64,000 nt of DNA from Chitinivibrionales bacterium (GTDB lineage Bacteria; Fibrobacterota; Chitinivibrionia; Chitinivibrionales; WJKA01): NCBI GenBank assembly GCA_038247415.1, contig JBBRUX010000011.1, forward strand, positions 10-64,009, in the 5' to 3' direction. The notes under the pieces are model-generated. The model had not been told where the DNA came from. It worked only from the letters and a program-made list of their open reading frames with translations, and searched no databases. This document shows positions 56,558-64,000 of this stretch, in pieces. The translations under genes were made by a program, and so were the position numbers. Every line of letters begins with the position of its first letter. Position 1 is the stretch's first letter.

Positions 56558-57889
56558 ATGCAACTCAGGCATTTGTTCTTTAGCTTCATTTCAATGGCTC
56601 TACTTTCAACCCTTGCATTCTCTCAGTCACTCTCATCGGTACCCGCTCAAAAGCTAGCGCAACCAGGAAAGCCTACCATTGCACTCATGACAATAAAAAA
56701 CACCTCAGGTGTTGATGCCGGCGAGGCAGAAATTATTAGCGACAGGCTTCGAGGGGAACTTTTCAATACCGGAATGGTTGAGGTAATGGAACGAGAGCAA
56801 ATGCAGGAAATTCTTAAAGAACAAGGATTCCAGGCATCTGGCGTATGCACCGACGAAGAATGCCTTGTTAAAATGGGGCATATCCTTGGAGTGCAAAAAT
56901 TGGTTACCGGATCTATCGGCAAACTTGGCTCAAAGTTCCTCATAAATATTCGCAGTGTCGATGTTCAAACAGCTCGAATCGACCGCGTTGTCAAACGCGA
57001 CATCTCAGGAAGCATCGATGAAGTAGTCGATCATTTGCCATCAATTGCCGAGGAACTTACTAAAACTGCGCAACCTCAAAAGGCTACAAGCATCGCAGCC
57101 GTAGAGACTCGCAAGAATGAAGAAACAGCACAAGAAAAAGAAGAATCAGAAGCAGAAAGTAAGCCTGAGGTGGTAGTGGTTGTAAACGAAAAAAAGAAAG
57201 AAAAGGGAGATAATAGCGGTGATAGGAATAAAAACCGAAGTGGCATACGGCTGCATGCTGCACTCTCCGGTCCAACAATCAAGATTTCTGAGCACTGGGA
57301 TACTACTGCCTCTGGGTATTATAACCAACCCCCTTTTAGCTATGATACCATCACATTTACCAAAACAAATCTTCTGCTTACCAGCGAAATTGGGATAGAT
57401 TTTCTAATCCGTCTTGGACAACTCTTCACTCTGGATATCGGGATTAATTATATTGGACAGCAAAGCAGCTTTACAAGGGTCAACGTTTTTGACACTGCCA
57501 AAACATGGAAAATAGCCAGCGATGTTTACGCATTACGGTTTGGGCCAACTTTTGTCAAGCGAATCCATGCAATTAAAATTAATGCAGGATTAATTATTGA
57601 CGTTGGCTTATCATTAGCGCAATGGGACTATTCTGAATCGCTCTACGGTTATTCTCTTTTTACACCAATAACCTATGACTTTGTGGGCGGACAATTTGGC
57701 TTTGGCGGAAAAATTGGTGCGGAATACCTTATTGGTAAGCATTTTGGGATTGGAGCAGATTTGAAATTCGAACGAAGCGCTGCATCCCTTATTGTTTCCA
57801 GTTCTACACCTAATTATGATTATCCCAACGAATTAACGTTCCAGTATCCTTCTGTTTGGTTCGACTTTTCCGCCACTTTTTATTTCTAG
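56558..57889 (+). CDS. CsgG/HfaB-like domain + outer-membrane beta-barrel protein
   Basis: Signal peptide; VMEREQMQEILKEQGFQASGVC.DEECLVKMG.ILGV.KLVTGSIGKLG; C-terminal strands ending FYF. Confidence 0.75.
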   Translation: MQLRHLFFSFISMALLSTLAFSQSLSSVPAQKLAQPGKPTIALMTIKNTSGVDAGEAEIISDRLRGELFNTGMVEVMEREQMQEILKEQGFQASGVCTDEECLVKMGHILGVQKLVTGSIGKLGSKFLINIRSVDVQTARIDRVVKRDISGSIDEVVDHLPSIAEELTKTAQPQKATSIAAVETRKNEETAQEKEESEAESKPEVVVVVNEKKKEKGDNSGDRNKNRSGIRLHAALSGPTIKISEHWDTTASGYYNQPPFSYDTITFTKTNLLLTSEIGIDFLIRLGQLFTLDIGINYIGQQSSFTRVNVFDTAKTWKIASDVYALRFGPTFVKRIHAIKINAGLIIDVGLSLAQWDYSESLYGYSLFTPITYDFVGGQFGFGGKIGAEYLIGKHFGIGADLKFERSAASLIVSSSTPNYDYPNELTFQYPSVWFDFSATFYF

Positions 57890-57983
57890 TATACTCTAAG
57901 TTTCTCTTTTTATTAAAAAAGCTCTCCACGAACCCTGGCGGGCTTTTATTTTTTTGTCATATTCATACGGTCGGAGAAAAAAC

Positions 57984-60900
57984 ATGCGCTTAATTTCACG
58001 CTTTCTAGTATTAGTAGTGCTTACAACTGCTCCGGCATTTGCTGCCAATCATCCCGAAATTAAATGGCAATCGGTACCCACAAAGCACTTTCTCATAAAC
58101 TACTATCCTGCAACAGAGCCTGCGGTTTATCCTGTTGCAAAGATTGCCGAAGAAGCATATGACAACCTTTCGAGTATTTATGGATTCAACTTTCGCGAGC
58201 GTATCAATATCAATCTTATCGATTATGATGACATTTCAAATGGCTATGCAGATCCCATTTCAAATACTATAAGCATTCTTGTTCCTGATATCGAGTTTGA
58301 CTTTCGCGGAAATACTCTTTGGCTTAGAAATGTTGTCGCGCACGAGCTTACTCACATTCTTTCTCTCTCACAGTATGGAGCACAATGGTACGATTGGCAA
58401 TTTGGCGCTTCCTACGAAGGCTCCCAATCTGATGCTGCAATCGCGATGCCGCTTCCGCTCATGCAACAATACCCTTCCTGGTTTTCTGAGGGCCTTGCGC
58501 AAATTGGCGCAGAGCAGATGCATTCGGATAGGTTTGATTCTCGACGAGAAATGCTCTTGCGCTGTGGCATACTAGAAAACAAAGAACTTTCTCTCGATGC
58601 CATGGCCACCTTCAACCACACGCCACTGGGCAACGAAAATGTTTACAATCAGGGATTTGGTTTCACTCGCTTTTTGCGCGACCGATATGGCATATCTGTA
58701 TTGGCAAAAATAACAAACCTGCATCGTTCGCCTGCATTTGGCGTACAAACGATGAGATCGGCTTTTGAGCAGGTGACACACCATAGCCTTGACGCCGAGT
58801 ATTCGGCATGGATTTCTTCTTCCAAAGAAGCCTTTTTAAAAGCAATCCCACAAGAGCCAACTCCCGAGACATCCCTTTTTAGCCAGGGCATTTTTAACCT
58901 TAAGCCACGTGTTTCTTCCGATGCAAAGCTCTTAGGGTTTTTATCGAGTGCTGGTGGAGACGATGGCCAAACCGATCTTTTAATCATGCGTTTAAGCGAT
59001 AAAAAGATTACACACCATATTCCTTATGCAACTGCTGCATGGTGTTTCTCCTCCGATAGCAAAACTATTTACTTTGTAAAATTACGCGATCCCAACAGTC
59101 AAGGATCCTATCTTAACGATCTTTGTGCGTATTCGCTCTCATCGAACACGATACGCCGCATTACCCACAATGCCCGTATCTACGACTGCATTGCTACCAA
59201 TAACCCCGATACGCTCATTACAATCCGTTTTTTAAAGGGCGCTTATTCGCTTGCACAAACAGCAATCTCTACAGGTACCACGGTGGTTCTTATACAAGGT
59301 ACTGTGGGCTCGCCCTTCAAGGGACTGGCTTTTGATGCAGTAAACAACGCAATCATAACCTCAAAAATCGAGCACGGCAATGCAGATATTTGCCGAATCT
59401 CTCTTTCCACCAAAGAATCAACCGTACTTGTAGCATCCCCCTTTTCCGAAGAATCGCCAGCTCTAGGGTCCGATGGCAGGCTCTATTTCTCGGCCGATTA
59501 CAACGGCATCTTCAACATCTATTCAACCGACTTGACAGGTGCAGACCTTCGATGCCACTCTGCAGTAGTTGGCGGGCTTTTTAATCCACAACGGCACGCA
59601 GACAAAATTTTTTGCTCATCGTATCGTGCACGTGGCTTGAGCATTATATCAATAGACACCCTTGGTGCTGCATTTACTATCCCAGCTTCAGATACAGTTC
59701 GAGTCCTTGATCTCCCAGCCCCGTCGGGTCCGGTCTCAATCCGATCCACCCCGTATAAAGCACGTCAGCTAAAACCTGTTTGGGAAGGACAAACGTTCTA
59801 TAGTCTCTACGATTATTCAAATAAGATAGGCAGATCTTTTAACAATGGTTTAACGAGCTTCTTTGACAGCATAGGAGGGGAACTCTATCTCCGTGCATCA
59901 ACAATGTCTTCCGATGCCCTGGGCAAATCATCGCAGCAGGTTTCATTTGGTTGTTTCCTCACTAATAAGGCCCTCAGCTATTATCGATACAATGGCTTCT
60001 CGGGAGCCTTGCAATCAATTCGCCAAGAAGCTCCTTTAAGTAAAGAAATAAAAATATCCCAATCTCCTCAAGAAAGATTAAGAAGCGCTCTAAAGCATGA
60101 TTTATCCCAATTTACAAAAACGCACAATACTCCTCTGGCAGCTACAACACCCAATTTTACGATTCCTCTCAATGCGCCAAAGATCGATTCTAATCCCGAA
60201 AATAGACAAGAAAACATGCAATCACCCCCTCTGGTGGCATTTGCAAACTTTTATGGTGTAAACACCTTCGCGGCCCCAACATTCTCACTCAATGCAACCC
60301 TTGTGCTACCTGCCTTTATCCCCCTTTTTCTCAGCCTCAATCCTAGTATCGATCTGGAGCTTGGTCGTGCAACAAACCTTATGCTTTCTCCGTCTATCGA
60401 TCTATTCCTGGCCCGATACATACAGACGTCCTTCCCCTTTCAGGTAAACTGGTTGAACATAGGCCATACAACCACGGATATTTCGTATACGTTAGCTGAT
60501 GTCACAGCCCTATCTGGTGTCGCAGAAACAGGGTCAACATCATATTTTAATGACACCCTCGCCCAAGATTACAATCTCGCTTCGTCTCGGATTGGTCTTC
60601 TAGCTCTCCACGGATTCAGGCTCCCTTATTCTTCCTCGTTTGTTCTTAGAGGATCTGGAAATGTCAACTGGTTTTCTCGCCCCGTTTCCGACAATTTCAA
60701 TTATGTTCTCGACAACGCCCTCACCTGGTGGAAAGTGAGTGAATCAAATACATTCAATTTTCCACTTGCACGAGCTATTAACAAAGGCGAAAAATTCTAT
60801 GCCGATGCGGTGTATGGCCAAGTGGGCTATGGTTTAGAACTGTATGGCGATGGACACTATCCCCTAAACTTACATGCAAACGACTTCACCAGATACAACC

Positions 60901-61055
60901 CTGATGCACTTCATGGGTTTGTGGAACATGTCGTTACTGCTGGGGTGACTTTCGGTTTTACAAATTCCTACGCATTTAATCAACAAGCCCAGGTTCTCTT
61001 TTCGTACTCGATTCTCCGGCAAAAAGGATATCTTTCAGCCTCAATCGGTTTTTAA
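57984..61055 (+). CDS. Exported gluzincin-like metallopeptidase (HExxH) + TolB-like beta-propeller + C-terminal barrel-like region
   Basis: WLRNVVAHELTH, PSWFSEGLA, PRVSSDAK, SPALGSDG.LYFSADYNGIFNIY, terminal Phe. Confidence 0.75.
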   Translation: MRLISRFLVLVVLTTAPAFAANHPEIKWQSVPTKHFLINYYPATEPAVYPVAKIAEEAYDNLSSIYGFNFRERININLIDYDDISNGYADPISNTISILVPDIEFDFRGNTLWLRNVVAHELTHILSLSQYGAQWYDWQFGASYEGSQSDAAIAMPLPLMQQYPSWFSEGLAQIGAEQMHSDRFDSRREMLLRCGILENKELSLDAMATFNHTPLGNENVYNQGFGFTRFLRDRYGISVLAKITNLHRSPAFGVQTMRSAFEQVTHHSLDAEYSAWISSSKEAFLKAIPQEPTPETSLFSQGIFNLKPRVSSDAKLLGFLSSAGGDDGQTDLLIMRLSDKKITHHIPYATAAWCFSSDSKTIYFVKLRDPNSQGSYLNDLCAYSLSSNTIRRITHNARIYDCIATNNPDTLITIRFLKGAYSLAQTAISTGTTVVLIQGTVGSPFKGLAFDAVNNAIITSKIEHGNADICRISLSTKESTVLVASPFSEESPALGSDGRLYFSADYNGIFNIYSTDLTGADLRCHSAVVGGLFNPQRHADKIFCSSYRARGLSIISIDTLGAAFTIPASDTVRVLDLPAPSGPVSIRSTPYKARQLKPVWEGQTFYSLYDYSNKIGRSFNNGLTSFFDSIGGELYLRASTMSSDALGKSSQQVSFGCFLTNKALSYYRYNGFSGALQSIRQEAPLSKEIKISQSPQERLRSALKHDLSQFTKTHNTPLAATTPNFTIPLNAPKIDSNPENRQENMQSPPLVAFANFYGVNTFAAPTFSLNATLVLPAFIPLFLSLNPSIDLELGRATNLMLSPSIDLFLARYIQTSFPFQVNWLNIGHTTTDISYTLADVTALSGVAETGSTSYFNDTLAQDYNLASSRIGLLALHGFRLPYSSSFVLRGSGNVNWFSRPVSDNFNYVLDNALTWWKVSESNTFNFPLARAINKGEKFYADAVYGQVGYGLELYGDGHYPLNLHANDFTRYNPDALHGFVEHVVTAGVTFGFTNSYAFNQQAQVLFSYSILRQKGYLSASIGF

Positions 61056-61064
61056 GGAAACACA

Positions 61065-61556
61065 ATGAAAAAACATTCTCCCTGTATTGGTGTTATTGGT
61101 GGCAACGAAGCATCAGAAGAAGTTATAGCCCTGGCATACGAGATCGGTAAACATGTCGCCCTCTCTGGCCTCATGCTCGTCACTGGTGGCCGTGGCGGCG
61201 TTATGGAAGCCGCAAGCAAAGGGGCTTCAGAGAATAATGGTATAGTTCTAGGAATCATTCCAACCGATTCCAAATCAGATGCTAATCCTTATGTAGATAT
61301 TGTTATTCCCACGGGCATGGGCATCGGTAGAAATGTTCTTGTTGTTAAGACAGCCGATGTATGCATTGCATTCCCTGGCTCGTATGGCACGCTCTCGGAA
61401 ATTGGCCTTGCTCTTAATTTAGGTAAAACCGTGGTGGCGTTGCCAGGGGTGTGGAGTCTTAAAAAAGCGGGAATTGTAGATAGTAATTTATTTAAGGAAG
61501 CGTTCACTGCCCAGCAAGCAATTGGCATAGCACTCAGTGCGCTGCAAGAAGTTTAG
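61065..61556 (+). CDS. TIGR00725/LOG-family Rossmann-fold nucleotide-binding protein
   Basis: IGVIGG, LVTGGRGGVMEAASKGA, ANPYVDIVIPTGMG.GRN, GSYGTLSEI. Confidence 0.9.
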   Translation: MKKHSPCIGVIGGNEASEEVIALAYEIGKHVALSGLMLVTGGRGGVMEAASKGASENNGIVLGIIPTDSKSDANPYVDIVIPTGMGIGRNVLVVKTADVCIAFPGSYGTLSEIGLALNLGKTVVALPGVWSLKKAGIVDSNLFKEAFTAQQAIGIALSALQEV

Positions 61557-61596
61557 TCCTTCATAATTATGAGAACAATAAGTATTGCGCTTCATC

Positions 61597-62397
61597 CTAA
61601 GGATTCCACTCAACGTCGGTTTCTTCACCAAAAAGCCTTTTGGTGATAGTTCCAATGCTTACCGAAATGGCAATTTCTCGCAACGGAATTTTATCGCTAA
61701 ACCGGCTTGAAGGCGTAACCGAAACTTCTAAAGAAATATAGGGTTTACCATTTGGCTTAGCAGTAGCGCTTTGGGGAAAAAAATCAATCGAAAGCCAACC
61801 ACTCAGATTATTACTATTCGAATACCCTTTTCCTGCAACCCCTCCGGTATCGTAATTTTGACCCGAAATTAAATATAGTCGTGGTCCAAAACCAATGTAT
61901 CCAAAATGCTTAATATGGAATTGTGGCCCAAGCGCCGCAGCAATATCGATTCCGCCATATTGCGCATTGTATTTATTTGCCGACATAAAATAATTTCCCG
62001 AGGCATGCGCCCCAATTGACATTACATCATTAAAATAAAATGGCGTTGCGATCGTTGCGTTCACACCACCGCTTAATCCGTATTTGCCATGAAATGCTGC
62101 AAGCGTATCCCCAACTCCTAAAGTATCTCCGCCAACCTCAACCTGCGTAGCGCCGGCCTCAACACCAAGCGTTAAAAGCGAAGATGGCGCAACCGCAAAT
62201 CGTAAATGTATGCGGTTAAGCAGCATAGGGACCGAATCTTTACCAATAGATACACCAGCTATCCCATACGATGCACCAACCACTCCTCGCGCTTGAGGAA
62301 TTGGCGTGGCAGGATTTGAAAGAGTAAATGAAGAAACACCCTTTGATCCACCAATAATTCCAACTATCAATGCTGTAATAGTAAGTAGTCTCATCAT
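61597..62397 (-). CDS. Hypothetical exported protein, probable beta-barrel
   Basis: Signal peptide and alternating amphipathic strands; 4-nt overlap with the upstream gene. Confidence 0.65.
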   Translation of the reverse strand: MMRLLTITALIVGIIGGSKGVSSFTLSNPATPIPQARGVVGASYGIAGVSIGKDSVPMLLNRIHLRFAVAPSSLLTLGVEAGATQVEVGGDTLGVGDTLAAFHGKYGLSGGVNATIATPFYFNDVMSIGAHASGNYFMSANKYNAQYGGIDIAAALGPQFHIKHFGYIGFGPRLYLISGQNYDTGGVAGKGYSNSNNLSGWLSIDFFPQSATAKPNGKPYISLEVSVTPSSRFSDKIPLREIAISVSIGTITKRLFGEETDVEWNP

Positions 62398-64000
62398 GGC
62401 CGAGGCGTCCAGTATTTAAAGTCTTCATCCAAAATTGGTAATATGAAATTTTCGGGACTTAAAGCAACACAACCCTGAGCTTCTGCCGTCAGCATAACGC
62501 GGACACGCAGAGCATCGGATTGACCATAAGTAATAATATTTTCTGCAACACCACCTACTGTTTGTATAGTTCGGGTAATGGTAGCTGCGGTTGCAGGATC
62601 GGGCACACCATTGTTATTCCAGTCCATATCATGAAACCCGCCTTTTTGGCCATCATGCACAAAAATGGAATCATAGCCAGGAGCAGCCTTAAACTGAGCT
62701 TCTGTTACACCTCCCAAAAGCGGTTCGATTGTGTCGTATCTGCCATTCCTGTTAAGATCAGCATACGTAAACCGTGCCACAGGCGATCCTAACGAATCGT
62801 AGCTTATCCAATAATAGCCTGGTTCAGGAAGAGTATCTCTCCGGCCATTCCAATTAATATCTTCAAATCCTGGGCCAGGGTTAAACTTTCCATCGCCATC
62901 TACATCTTCTCCCCTATTAGGCCAACCATCGCGATTATTATCTTCTCCAGGGTCAAGGTGATAGTTATCATTCAAATCTTCGAAAGTCAGCTCTTCTGGA
63001 ATAGTGTCTATATTATAGTAATAATCCCATCCACTATAAGAATTGTTTGAATATTGATTATGAAGAAGATTTGTTCCTATTTTGTATATAATATAGGCAG
63101 TCATTTTCATACCGAACGTAACCTCCGTCCCATCTGCCACAGGGTTCCCATTAATATCAGAAACAATAGCAGCAACCTTCATGCTATACGTTCCATTATT
63201 ATTATTAACGAGCTTACCAATGTTTCGACGAATAGTGATGTACTTGGGAGGCCCCGCAATAGTGAACTTTGCAGTATCAGACTTTATTGCGCCATACTCA
63301 CCAGCTACAACCCATACTTCCCTAAAATTACTTGGGATTGTACCCGATTTGAGATATGTTACCGCAGAACCATCGTACCCAGTTATGGCAGTTGGTGGAT
63401 CGAGAAATTCGCCACCACCAGGTCCATTTGCGAGGTTAAAACTGATTGTTGCATCCTTGACACGGTTGCCCGTAGAATCGTAGGCAATTGCCGTTATTTT
63501 AGATCTATCGCCATTGGTTGAAATTACTTCTGGTGTTCCCGTAAGCACGATACGGTGTATCCTGCTCGCCTTGAAATACACACTAATTGACGTAGATGTA
63601 ATTTCGGTTGTTGATTTAGCTTTAACTGCAATGCTTGCAGTATTTGCAAAATCTGGATTTTTTAAATAAAATGATGCGTTTCCAGAACCATCGGTAGTAA
63701 GCGTTTCTGCAAAGACTGTTTCGGTTGATTTTGCAATAGTTCCCAGTGTAACACTTATTTCAAGGAGTGCTCCACTAATAGGAGTTGTTTGATCGCCCTT
63801 CAAATAAGAAATGGAAATTCGCGTACTGTCATGCCCATTGGCAAGATAGGAATGGGGGGAACCAGCAGCCGATACGGTATCGATCTTTAAAATATTGGTT
63901 GAATAATAGATGGAAACAGTTGCCGAGGCCCCGGCTGCTTTAAAACTTATAGTATCGATGCCGACCCCTGTGCCTGCAACTTTAAAATGCGATTCTCCCC
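62394..64000 (-). CDS. Invasin/Big_1 Ig-like repeat surface protein with DxNxNG Ca-binding-like loops (5' end outside window)
   Basis: The frame is open from the window end by hand translation. SDINGNPVADGTEVTF, EDLNDNYHLDPGEDNNRDG, EDVDGDG, EDINWNG, ADLNRNG. Confidence 0.8.
   Translation of the reverse strand, partial: GESHFKVAGTGVGIDTISFKAAGASATVSIYYSTNILKIDTVSAAGSPHSYLANGHDSTRISISYLKGDQTTPISGALLEISVTLGTIAKSTETVFAETLTTDGSGNASFYLKNPDFANTASIAVKAKSTTEITSTSISVYFKASRIHRIVLTGTPEVISTNGDRSKITAIAYDSTGNRVKDATISFNLANGPGGGEFLDPPTAITGYDGSAVTYLKSGTIPSNFREVWVVAGEYGAIKSDTAKFTIAGPPKYITIRRNIGKLVNNNNGTYSMKVAAIVSDINGNPVADGTEVTFGMKMTAYIIYKIGTNLLHNQYSNNSYSGWDYYYNIDTIPEELTFEDLNDNYHLDPGEDNNRDGWPNRGEDVDGDGKFNPGPGFEDINWNGRRDTLPEPGYYWISYDSLGSPVARFTYADLNRNGRYDTIEPLLGGVTEAQFKAAPGYDSIFVHDGQKGGFHDMDWNNNGVPDPATAATITRTIQTVGGVAENIITYGQSDALRVRVMLTAEAQGCVALSPENFILPILDEDFKYWTPRP

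Overview
Bacterial chromosomal window, roughly 42-45% GC by eye. The gene repertoire (FGE/SUMF1 and Calx-beta surface proteins, secreted enzymes with 'IYxLQGRLV' C-terminal sorting tails, a giant TPR protein, CsgG-like proteins) suggests a Fibrobacterota/Chitinivibrionia-like organism; this is inference only. Intact housekeeping genes include ppdK, thiL, pcrA/uvrD, uup, ridA, nudC, tcdA, moeB, HU, glnS, gltX, tatA/tatC and mlaE. Between them lie decayed accessory pieces: an Rpn nuclease, a retropepsin remnant with an attC-like half site, an FGE fragment joined head-to-head to a 5'-truncated Calx-beta gene, a defective IS630, a broken YhcG and a Bro-N gene. The most unusual observations are: (1) a tightly coupled operon of an apparently catalytically dead GH57, a STAS-TM-coiled-coil protein and a lytic transglycosylase; (2) RhaA-class II aldolase and TatB-5-formyl-THF cyclo-ligase fusions; (3) a PPDK with a histone-H1-like tail and a GC-mosaic 5' end; (4) 31-bp coding palindromes of matching geometry in the unrelated YhcG and Bro-N genes; (5) recurrent internal deletions confined to accessory genes. 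No rRNA, tRNA or CRISPR array was seen. Family assignments come from motif recognition, not database searches.
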